From Camelus ferus (taxonomy: Eukaryota): a stretch of DNA of 64,000 nt. Positions within the stretch are counted from its first letter, which is position 1, and every line of letters begins with the position of its first letter. A model generated the notes under the pieces. The model was given only the letters and a program-made list of their open reading frames with translations, was not told the origin of the DNA and made no database searches. Shown in pieces: positions 39,120 through 50,490 of this stretch. The stretch is from positions 28,088,001-28,152,000 of the forward strand of contig NC_045696.1 in NCBI RefSeq assembly GCF_009834535.1. Direction: 5' to 3'. A program made the position numbers and the translations under genes.

Positions 39120-41288
39120 GATGTCTTGAGTTTATGGATATAACTTGATATTTAAGGACAATTCATATGTAATTAATCACCAGAGAAGAATGAGAAATCA
39201 AATATAGCATCACAAACAGATATGGATAAATGTTTTCACAAATTACAAAATAAAACCTTAAAATGACTATACTTGTGAAGGATGGAAAGATATTTCACTC
39301 CAGTGGAAAATCACATTTCATGGAATCATGCAAATTGGAAACCAGAAGCAAACAAAATGTGTATATATTCCAATGCTGTCATTTTATGTAAAAGAAAATT
39401 GAATGTCAAAGACAGTAAATGACTTCTTCTTTCAACATAAAATAATATAATTTTTATTAGTTTTACTCATAAAACAACCATAATGAAAAGTAGAAATCCC
39501 ATTCCATATATTTGGAGGTATATGTTAAAATTTGTATTAAAGAACAACTTTAAGTTTCTATTTATTCAATTTCCTTTTAAAAGATGCATATACAAACAAA
39601 ACTTATCACATTTATTCCCTTGCAGACTATCTTTCTAATTTCATAAAATCATTAACATATGAATTCCATTCTGTCTAGCTCTTCCTTTTATATCAATATT
39701 TTTTTTCTTCCATTGCTCACACACCATGTATTTTCATTTCGCTTCTCTATTATCATTTTGATTTAAGTCCTTTGCTTTCCTGGACTGACTGCTTCTGATA
39801 AACTATTCCTATTTCATCTCTTCTGTTTGGCTCTAATGATCCACAGTAATTTTGTAGCTTTTGCTACATCACCACCTCTTAGGCCTGTGTAATGAGGTAT
39901 GCAGTGCCTTCAGTTTTTTTGCCTTTATGGTTCAATCCTAAAGTATAACGTGAGAAGTAAAATTGGTATTTTGTTAGTTAGGAAGCTCATGAGAGTCACA
40001 TTTATAGCACTGCTTTATAAACTGTCAACTGTCACAAGAAAATTTGAGGATAATTGTCCTTCTACTTAATTAGTCCCTCTCTTCCCTTTAATAACAAAGC
40101 AATTGCTTAAAAATATAAATAAGTATGCTTAGACATTTTTTCACCATATAAAGATCAAATAAAGTGAACTCCAGTACATTATAGAATATTTAAGATCAAA
40201 AATACAATTGATGTAAGTTTATCTGGTTTGCTATCATAGCGTCTTAATGACAAACGCTGTATATTAAAACTTGCTCAAGTCTATCCTCATTTTTCTGATG
40301 GTATCAACAGAGACTTTGCTGGTGGTATGAATGGTGGACCACAGTTAAACATAAATACTCTTCTATCTGAACATTTTTCTGACATAAGGGAATAAAGAAA
40401 ACAGTAATCTGTCTTCAAAAAGGAAATTGCAAAACATTTAATGCTCTGACATGAAAGACTAGCAAAGTTGTGAAATGCATATTGGAGTAGAAAATCCATC
40501 GATCAATTTTTAGAGCTCAATTGAGTTCTGGACAACATTAAAGGCAGACACATACCTTAATACCTCACTTATCTTAAGATCATTTATCTGGCAAAATCAA
40601 CTATCCAGAATACTGTTGAGAACAAAGAGATGATAGATTTAAATAACATGTTCATGAACATAAGAGCAACAAATTGTAGATACTCAAATTTAGGTATTTC
40701 GACTTCAAAATCTATACTTAATCTACATAATTAACCTACAACCTATACTTAACCTCTATAATGTAAGAAAAAAAGAAACTTCAAATATACACACATAAAG
40801 CAAATGCTGACATATCTGAATAAAAGTCATAAATTCCTTTTATTAAATGTTTGCCTTTTCCACATTGGAGGTTTAATTCTACTAACGTTATTGGCTCATT
40901 CCCATCACGTTCCTCATGTACAATATATACTTTGCAAAACAGCCAAGTTTAACTTACAGTTTCTTAAATGTAACATAAAACTGTTGCTAACTACTGCATA
41001 GATTATTTTTTAACCTTTGCCAAGACTTATTAGGGTAAAAAAGGAAATGCATTTACTGATCTAAAAATTTACACCAAAAGCAATGTATGTAGAGTTGTAA
41101 TTCTAAGAGGTGGGCAAGGAGAAACAAATGCTGAAGGGTGAAGAAAGGAAAAATCTGAATCATCTGAGCTGGTTTCTCAAATTTAATATGCAGTCAACCC
41201 CCTTTTTTTTTTTTCTTTTGTCCCAAGGTGATCTAATACTATCCACCACTTTAAACAAACATTATGTATCCAAGATCCTTAGAGTCCC

Positions 41289-42392
41289 TCATATGGACTG
41301 AATGTTGGTCAACATACTTGCATTTGCCTTCTAACTGTTGACATTACCCATATCTTCAAAAGTCACATATGGAGGACCTAACCCTCAATGGGATAATATT
41401 TGGAGGTGGGGACTTTGGAAGGTGATTAGGTTTAGAAGAGGCCATGACATATATTCAGAGGGAACTCTAATTTGAAAAGATACATGCACCCCAATGTTGA
41501 TAGCAGCACCATATATGATAGCCTAGACATGGAAGCAATGTCCATCAACAGACAACTGGATAAAGAATTTGTGGTATATTTATACAATGGAATACTACTC
41601 AGCCATAAAAGATAATAAAATAATGCTATTTATACCAACATGGGTGGACCTAGTGATCATCATTCTAAGTGAAGTAAGCCAGAAAGAGAAAGAAAAATAC
41701 CATATGATATCACTCATATGTAGAATCTATGAAAAGAAAAAAGAAGACACTAAGAATGAACTAATCTACAAAACAGAAACAGACTCGCAGACATGGTAAA
41801 CAAACATGGTTACCAGGGAAAACAGGGTGGGAAGGGATAAATTTGGGAGTTTCAGATTTGCAAATATTAATTACTATATATATAAATAGATAAAAAACAG
41901 ATTTTTTCTCTTTAGCACAGGGAACTATGCTCAATATTTTATAATAACCTTTAATGAAAAAGAATATGAAAATGAATATACATATATATATATGACTGGG
42001 ACATTATTCTGTACACCAGAAATTGACACAATGTAACTAACTATACTATAATAAAAAATTTTTTAATTAAAAATTAAAAACATGTTTAAAAAAGATTCTA
42101 AATTAAAAAAAAAAAAAGGCCATGAGGGTAGGACCCTCATGATAGGATTAACGCCCTCATAAAAAGAGGAAGAGACAAGATATCTCACTGTTCTTCTCTC
42201 CATGTGTATGCATGCACTGGGAGGTGATGTGAGGACATTAAAAATAAAGGTGGCCCTCTGAAACCCAGGAAGAGGGCTCTCAGCAGACACTTAGATCTTC
42301 TACTTTCAGTTCTCCAGAATTGTAGGAAATGTTTTCTGTTAAGCCACCTAGTCCATAGTATCTCGTTACAGCAGCTCAGGCTGATAAAGACA
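41289..42392 (+). mobile_element. MLT1A-like MaLR LTR split by an L1 insertion
   Basis: 5' half 'tatggactgaatgtt...tatttggaggtggggactttggaaggtgattaggtttaga'. 3' half 'ggccatgagggtaggaccctcatgataggatta...gttaagccacctagtccatagtatctcgttacagcagctcaggctgataaagaca'. Possible 5-bp TSD gtccc/gtctc. Confidence 0.9.
41448..42116 (+). mobile_element. 5'-truncated lineage-specific L1 (ORF2 C-terminus + 3'UTR + poly(A))
   Basis: ORF 41569..41799 'WYIYTMEYYSAIK...TWVDLVIIILSEVSQKEKEKYHMISLIC' is the L1 ORF2p C-terminus. TSD core aggccatga at 41439-41447 and 42117-42125. Confidence 0.95.
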
Positions 42393-42739
42393 GTCTCCTA
42401 CCTCATTCCTCAGTCTTAGATTTTTAAAAGTCAACAAAAATTGTTCTTTTGTAAAATATAACTGTTCTCAGTGGTTGTTTCCAGTTTCAGACAAACTCTA
42501 GATGTTCCCCATATTAACAACTGGTTCACCCTCTCTCCAAAAACCACAGAATCCTGTTTGGCAAGCACCTCATTTGCTTTTATTCAGCTATCAGTGGGGT
42601 TCAGAGTTGACAGCTGATTCCAATGAAAGTACCCAGACCCATTTGACAAAAATTTAGCAGCCAAGAAAGATGGATCTGTGCTATGGTTCATTTATTCCTA
42701 ACTTTGGGTAATCTTTTATTTCTCTTTCTTTCAAACTCT

Positions 42740-43290
42740 ACATTAAATCCAAGGGCAAACTTGGTAGATTTCATCTTCAACACATCTCCACAATCCAGCC
42801 ATTTTTCACCCCTTCCACATTGCTATGTTGCCCAAGGCACCAACATCTCTTACCTGGTTTGATGCTGTATCTTCCTAACTGCTCTCCCTTTTCTTTGGGG
42901 CCCTTCCGCCATCCTAGTTTATGCTTAATACAGCAGCAACTGAATGAGTGTTCTTTCTATCAATCAATCAATCATGTCCTCTGCCCAAAGCCCTCGAATA
43001 CCTCCTATTGCACTCAGAGTAAAAGCTTACGTCACCAAGCTTTTCTATGTCCAGAATGCCTGTTACTTCTATGACCTCACATTCTTCTTCTCTTTCTATT
43101 TGCTCTAGCCACTGTGTCCCCTTTGCTGTTCCTAGAACTATGTTTTCTGCCCTGGGCCTTTAGACTTGCTCTTTCCTTTGCCTGAAAAATATTTTACCAG
43201 GTAGCTGTGTGGATTTTTCCTTTTACTCATCAAATATTACCTTCTCAATGGAGCAATTCCTCACTGCCTTATTCAAAATTATAAATGACT
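42740..43290 (+). mobile_element. L2 LINE fragment
   Basis: 'ccagccatttttcaccccttccacattgct', 'cttcctaactgctctccc', 'ctcctattgcactcagagtaaaagc', 'gggcctttagacttgctctttcctttgcctgaaa'. Confidence 0.85.
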
Positions 43291-43555
43291 TCCCTACACA
43301 TACACACATACATGCCTCCTTATGTTCCTACATCTGTCAGATGCTGGTCTGAGTTAAATCACCCATTGATGGCATCTCATTTCTACTCCTGCATTTGCCT
43401 TCTAAGTTTGTTGACATTACCCAATACCTTCCTCTAACATGGCTCTGTTTACCTAAATCCTTCCAGCCAAGTTTCCTAACTAGGTATCTTATATTCAAGG
43501 ATGTCGTCAAGCAATAAGTACCTGTACTTACATCATATTTACATCCCTATTTCTG

Positions 43556-44192
43556 AAATAGATGAGAGAGATTAAGAGGTACAAACTTCCAGGTGCAAAA
43601 TAAATTAGTCACAAGAATGAAATGCATAGTGTGTGGGGAATACAGTCAATAACTATGTAATATCTTTGTATGAGACATATTATAACTAGAATTATCACAG
43701 TGATCATTTTGAAGTGTATAAAAATATCGAATCACTACATTGTGTAACAGGAACTAACATCATGTTGTAGATCAATTATATTCCAAAAACAAACAAACTC
43801 ATAAGATATCAGATTTGTGTTTTGTGTTCACCAGAAGGGGTGAGGGGAGGGGGAATTGGATGAAGATAGTCAAAAGGTACAAACTTCTAGTTGTAAAATA
43901 AATAGGTACTAGGCATGTAATGTACAATATGATAAATATAATAACACTGCTTTATGTTATTTATGAAAGTTGTTAAAAGAGTAAAAGAGTTCTCATCACA
44001 AGGAAAATTTTTTATTTCTTTAATTTTGTTTCTACATATGATGATGAATGTTCACTAAACTTATTGTGATAATCATTTCATGATGTTTGTGTCAAATAAT
44101 TATGCTGTACACTTTAAATTTACACAGTGTTATATTTGAATTACATATCAATAAAACTGGAAGAAAAAAAGAGAAAAATAAATAAATAAAAA
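43556..44192 (+). mobile_element. L1 3'UTR (laurasiatherian type) with two tandem 3'UTR modules
   Basis: 'aggtacaaacttc..gt.g.aaaataaat' occurs twice (~43577 and ~43876). Ends 'tatgctgtacactttaaatttacacagtg...atcaataaaactggaagaaaaaaa' + A-rich tail. Confidence 0.85.
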
Positions 44193-44796
44193 GTTACACT
44201 TACAGTCGATAGGATTTTAGAGGCCTTAATACAGAATATAATACTATTTATATTACTAAGCACAAATAGGAATTTTATCTCATAATGAGATAACAATACT
44301 TAAAATCACAGTTTCCCTTTTCTAATATAAAACTGATAATATAAAATTTTTAAAGTTCATCAGACGAATACAAAAGAGCTGGTTACTAAACCAATCACAT
44401 AAGTGGTACTGTGAAAATAATCAGTAGTTAATCTTAAAGTTAATTCTGACGTATATATGCAAAATGGATTTAAGTAGACCTCCCTCCCTCCTTTGAAACA
44501 AGGAGTAATGTCTCCAATTTACACATGTTGCATGGGGTATGCAGGCACTGTAGAATGTTTGAGCCTTAATCTACAGAAGCCAGAGTGTAATTAATATAAA
44601 GATCATGGAAAACAAACTTTCAATCTGGCATCTGTGGGATGACATCTGTATATATATATATAGAAGTTAACAAAATAGTCCTTCCATTGTTTGACATGTG
44701 GAAGGATGACTTTGCCCTAGCTAATATTAAGAGAGGTACATCTCATTCCATACAGTAAGGATCCAAGCAATATACATTAATTTTTTTGTGTTTTTT

Positions 44797-44860
44797 TGTA
44801 TGTGTATGTATATATATGTGTGTGTGTGTGTGTGTGTGCGCGCGCACGTGTATATATATA
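44797..44860. repeat. Compound alternating purine-pyrimidine microsatellite (TA/TG/CG) beside a tiny antisense L1 3' end
   Basis: 64 bp of unbroken alternation followed by 'gtcagtttacaatgctgtgtcaatt'. Confidence 0.9.
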
Positions 44861-45164
44861 GTCAGTTTACAATGCTGTGTCAATTTTTTGTGTATATATA
44901 TTTTTTACATTTGTTTTGATCCATTCTATATGACAAGAAGAATCCCTATATGCTGATTTCATTATGCCACTGACCTCAGCTTACATTTTTTTTTTTATGT
45001 TTCTTGAAGTTGGGAAGAGAGAATGGAAGCAGAAAGATCAGGCCCCTGGGTAGAAGCTGGCCCTTGTTAAGCAGTCAGGAGTCCTCTGACTCTTCTTCCT
45101 GCATCTCCTTTACCATGGCCATCTCCTCTTCTTTCAAAATGTTACATACTTGAAACCAAGAGTA

Positions 45165-45476
45165 CAGTCAGTCCTCCTCATCTGCAGGTTCTGCATCCTA
45201 GGTTTCAGTCAACTTTGGATTGAAAATATTTGGGAAATAAAAAATTCCATAAAGTTTCAAATAGCACAACTTGAAATTGTCATGTGCTGACAATTATTTC
45301 ACATAAAACTTACATTGCTATTAGGTATTATAAGTAATCTAGAGATGATTTAAAATACACATCTTCCTATGTACAGGTTATATGCAAACACTTCGCCATT
45401 TTATATAAGGGACTTGAACAGCTATGGGTTTTTATATCCCCGGGGGTCCTGGAACCAGGGTACCAAGTGAAGACAG
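45165..45476 (+). mobile_element. MER2-like Tigger MITE
   Basis: TA|cagtcagtcctcctcatctgcaggttctgcatcc...'ttaggtattataagtaatctagagatgatttaaa'...'gttatatgcaaacacttcgccattttatataagggacttga'...gaagacag|TA. Confidence 0.92.
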
Positions 45477-47748
45477 TATCTTCAATTGAATATTCAGTAC
45501 TTGGACTTCATAGCAGCAGGACTTCCCAGAAGCCTAAACAGGATCACCAAAAAATATGACTACCTGCAATAGATTCTATATATTTCTTTGTGTTGAAATA
45601 AGAGCTTTTATTCCTAATAATTAAGAAACAAGAGCATGGCAAAGATGGTTGGGAACCTAAAGATTCTTTTAGGTAAAGACCTATATTTTACAAAGCAGGA
45701 AGGCGACTTAAGGGATGTATCTCAAACCAAAGAAGATACTGACGGAACTAGGTTTACCAGTTATGTGACCACTGTTGTATTCTCAGTACCTGATCCAGCC
45801 ATTCCAGCAGTTGTCCTTTTAAGCTGTTAGGGTTACTACATGATGTATCAATAAAATGATAATATACATAAGGGTAGGATTTGGGGGGGTTTGTAGAAGA
45901 AGGGGAATATCTCAACTGAATCATTGACTTGTATATTCATTCATTAATCAGTTAACATTTTTAAAGCTTTTTTATTTGTAAAGTGAGGATAGAAACAACT
46001 CCTAGAATGATGACTGCTTAATAATAAGTACACAAAATATTATTTTCTAACATCTATAATAATTTTAAATCAGTTTTTATCACCTATATTTAAATATTGG
46101 AGAGTGCAAACGATGCTATTTTGGTTTTGATTTTTATTTTCATAAATAATACAAACAAATATTAAGTCCAGTAGAAGCTGATTTGTTTTTTTCAAAATAA
46201 TCACAGTAAAATTTTTACCCATTAAGACATACAAAATTGGAAAGAAATCATAGAATTTTGGGGTATCAGGGAATGCTTTATAAATGTTAAGGAGGGTTAA
46301 GTATTCTTCCTAATCTCCTGTGTGAATACAAAAAAAAACTAAAATAAATTCCTACAATAACAGTGTAATTTGTTTTTATAAAGTGTTAATTTTAAAGAAA
46401 TAAACCAATTGATATTGAATGATAGGAAATGGTACAATAAGACTGAACACAAAAAGGTCAGGGAAAATTACCATCTCCAAATATTAAAGATTTCTTATAT
46501 AAGATTTCTATATGAAAAAATTGCTGAGTTTAAAATTAACTTAAAAATGTAACTGAGAGGCATTCCTCCTTTTACTTATTTTTCTACCTAATCTATATTC
46601 TCAAAGATAAAGTGAACCATACTTTTGAATGAATCCAAATGCTGGTAGAATTAATTTGAACTTTTTTGCTTGGAACCTGGTCTGAAGCTTATATACTGAA
46701 ACATTGCTCCAGGCAGCTATACTCCACTGATGGAATTAGTAAGTCAATCTACCCTCTATGACTTGAGGGAACCATAAAAATCATCTATCACTGATGGCAG
46801 GCAATGAAGGAAAAATTGTATGTAATGTCAGGTGGCTGAATACAGGAAAAAGATATATGGTAATAACAGTACAGGCAGACAATTGCAGGTAAGAAAAGAA
46901 TTGCTTAAAATGATAGTTGAAATAAGAATATACACATTCAGGCATCACAATTTACTTTCTTTGATTGAAAAGAGAAAAAAACTTATGTCTTAAAGATAAT
47001 GTTTGGATCAAATTTGACAGTTTGAATAATAAGCACTTCATGTAACAATTCTAGATGACTTGATAGAGTACTACCCACATGCCCATGATGGAACGAACAT
47101 AGTCTGAGAGAATTATTCTCTAGATCACAATATTCCTGATATTACAGAAGGAATGGCTGATTATTCCTTGATAGTAATTATGGGGATATTTCTAATGATG
47201 AAGTTGTTGGAAAAATGTAAGCATGTAACTATTTTTTCTAAGCTTCCAATAACTTCAGATATCTTTATTTTCTATGACATTAAAATATCACTAACTTCTA
47301 CCTCCACATTTTTGCTTTCCAATGCAGCATACCATGGTATCATTCAGGCTTCACTTGGCATTAATGCATTCATTATGTTTTTAGGTGCCCTATTTTTTAA
47401 TACTGTCAATTAAAATAGTATTTGTAAGTGTTCATTCTTCTATCTGCATGCCATAATATAACCAGCAAATATAAGAACTAAAATTTTATAAAACTTGTTT
47501 GTATTAACCATCCAGATTACTGAAAGTATTTTAAAAGATTAACAGATAACATAAAATATAATGTTTAAGATTATTGAAATTTGAAGGATATCAAAATTTT
47601 ATAACACAGGTACCCTCATCAAAAGTCTGTTTGAGATGTATTGATTTAGACATTTAACTATCAACTAAATTAGAGAAGTGTTTTAATAATAGAAGTATAG
47701 TACTATAAATAGACAGGTTTTTAGCATTTAGATTTAATGACTTAAAGG

Positions 47749-47972
47749 AATTCAAATTTGCAGGTACTAACATATATATATAGAGAGAGAGATAGATACT
47801 ATATAGCACAGGGACCTATATCCAATACCTGTAGTAACTTATGGTAAAAAAAGAATATGAAAATGAATGTATGTATGTTCATGTATGACTGAAGCATTAT
47901 GCTGTAGGTTGAGAAATTGACACAACATTGTAAACTGATTTTACTTCAACAAAAATAAATATATACAAAAAA
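47749..47972 (+). mobile_element. Lineage-specific L1 3' end
   Basis: 'tatagcacagggacctatatccaatacc...aaaagaatatgaaaatgaatgtatg...gaaattgacacaacattgtaaactga'. Confidence 0.9.
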
Positions 47973-48339
47973 TTTCAAATTAAAGGTAAACATGGTTAGA
48001 GTTTCCTTGTGTAGGAATTGGTTTGTTTTGGACTCACTCACCCAAAACAATGGTCTGATGATTTCCAGTGGCCAAGTACATTTCCTTAAATTGGGTAAGG
48101 CCCAGCAGGCTCATTTTTATATACAGTTTTACTTAAACTGATTCAAAGAGCATTTGTCAAACTGCTGCAGTGTACAGTGGACTTAGGGTTCAGGAAAAAA
48201 AAAAAAAAGCAACACTCTTTGGTTTCATGTACTTTACAGAAAAAAATTGAGTACTACTCTTGGATTACAAAATAAAGAAGAGGAACAGTAGCTTGGGTTT
48301 TGTGATACTTATAAGGTAAGTAAATTAAAATTAACATTA

Positions 48340-49782
48340 CAGCCAATGGATGGACATATGGGAGTGCACACAAAGTGCGATGACCTCTGTTTCTCATGTT
48401 AGTGTCTACCAGAGAGCATCCACCATGAGAGAAGCACTAAATCACAAATAGAATTACTTGGCCAGTTGATATCTAGCCTCTGTCATTGGCCACCCAGTGC
48501 TGGCACCAGCCATACATGAGTAAAGGGACCATGGTATCAGAGATGGAGGCTATGCATAAGCCCAGCAACATAAACACATTTATCAAAGCAGATCTACCCA
48601 TGCTGCCGCCAAAGCCCCAGCCCTCCAGAAAATGAGACTAACATTCAGTTCCCAATATGGCGGCATTGGTCAAAGAGACTGCACTGTCACTTAGTAGGAA
48701 TTTGATTATATTGGGCAAGAATACATTCTGGCAGGAGGAAATACTTCATGGGATGCACATTTTCTCTTTTTGTCTAGTAGGCCTCAGCTAGCATCATTAT
48801 CCCAGAGCTTATCAAATGTTTTATTCACCAGCATGGAATTTCACATCATATTGCATCACACCAGGAGACCTCTACATAGCAAAAAAATGTGAGAACATAG
48901 GGTCACATGCCATAGCATCCAGAAGCTACAGGCCTGAGCGCACTTTAAAACAGCCTGCAGAAGGCACACCTGAAGTTCCATACCAAAGACCATCCTTTAG
49001 TGAATGAGGAGCCATATTCCCAGAAGTACATTTGACATCAGATTCGTTTGCATGATGCTATGTCTCCAAAAGGTGAAACACATGAATCAGAGAACCAAGG
49101 AGCAGAAGCACTGAATTCACTTGCATGGCCTCCTTGGCAAATTATGTTTCCTCTTCTGTTAAATCTGCGCTCTGACAGGATAGATGTCCTGATCCCTGAA
49201 GAGGAAGCAATTTCATCAGGGGACACAGCAAAGGTCTAATTCAAATATAAGCTACGAGCATCACCTGGGAACTGTAGCTTCCTTTAGCTAAGAGACTAGA
49301 TGGGAAGAAAATAAACCTCCAGTTGGTGGGGATAATTGACCATAGCCATGAGAATATCAAAAGTATGCTATAACAAACAGGGGCAGGGAGAAATATGTGT
49401 AGCGCCTAGGTGATCCACCTAAGTGCCTCTTTGGTACTACACTCCCACACAGACCAGTACAGCAATCTCACCATGAAAAAAAGCACAGTGACCTGGGATT
49501 CAGACCCCTCCCCATGAGGATCTTTGTCATGCCACCAGGTAATCACCAAGACCACCTGAAGTGCTGGCTAAGCAGGAAGGAAACCTAGAACGAACAGTGA
49601 AGCAGGAATAAAATAACTATCCATTGTGGACCCAAGATAAGTTTCAGCATTAGAGGCGATGGCTTATCATCCAACCACTCCTCTTCTACCTTTCCCCAGG
49701 GAAGACAGCTGCTCAGACAGCCTACAGGATCTACTGCAAGAATTTATGCTAAGAAGTAGAGCGAGCAGAACAAGGGATAAAC
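48340..49782 (+). mobile_element. ERVL-class internal remnant (ERV3-16A3-like): decayed pol RNase H end, integrase and 3' region
   Basis: Manual translation gives WMDIWECTQS..SVSHVSVYQRASTMREALN, HE*RDHGIRDGGYA*AQQH, FDYIG, CFIHQHGISHHIASHQ and HPEATGL, which are ERVL pol/IN motifs broken by stops and frameshifts. Purine-rich PPT-like 'caagggataaac' precedes the LTR. Confidence 0.88.
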
Positions 49783-50490
49783 CGGTGAATAATTACAGTG
49801 TGCTCACTGTCCCGATGCCCCTTTTTTGAAGGACTTCTGGCCCTACCTCTTGGGAGTACTGTAATTCCTACAGGAATTACTTAACTTCAGAGACTCATTT
49901 CATCCAAGGTCATGCACTTCACATGGGTGGCCCAAATCAAATGACTGATAGCTACAGAGGTTATAAAGTTCTTCTTGGCTAATTTATTTTAACAAACTAT
50001 TTTTTACTAGAAAAATTAAAAATAATATATTGCATGGGTCTTAATACTTGAACATCAAGCATATTCATGAACAGCGAGTATCTTCATGTAAACTGTTCTA
50101 GATGGAAGACCCAGATGGTACTCCTCTGAGGGAGGAGTTCCAGCCCCCACCCCAATTGGCCCCATCACCTCACAGCTCAACCCATCAGGACACATCCAGG
50201 GATGGACCAAACACAACGCCTGGGTGTATTTTCTCTTCAAGTGTCAAAGATCCCCAAGCGATCCCAACACCCACCCCTTCCTACCCTTTCATTCATGCAT
50301 CTATAAGATAGCTGCCTAGAACAGGTCAGCAGTGAAGCTCCAATCACCACCACCACCACCAACAAAAAAGATGCAGACTCATTTTCCCTGGCTTCCACGA
50401 GTGTTTCTCAGGAAAGTGTACTTTAATGAACATCCTTCATGCTACATTCTGACTCAGAGTCCCCTTACCAGAGGAAGCCAGCTTGCAATA
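49783..50490 (+). mobile_element. LTR16-like 3' LTR, interrupted
   Basis: U3 'caggaattac...ccaaggtcatgcac...aatcaaatgactgat...gttataaag'. 3' end 'ttaatgaacatccttcatgctacattctgactcagagtccccttaccagaggaagccagcttgcaata'. Confidence 0.7.

Noticed and set aside
48816..49239. ORFs in the ERVL region as a domesticated gene
   Set aside because: The integrase frame has stops, frameshifts and a mutated catalytic motif; the listed ORFs are mostly off-frame.
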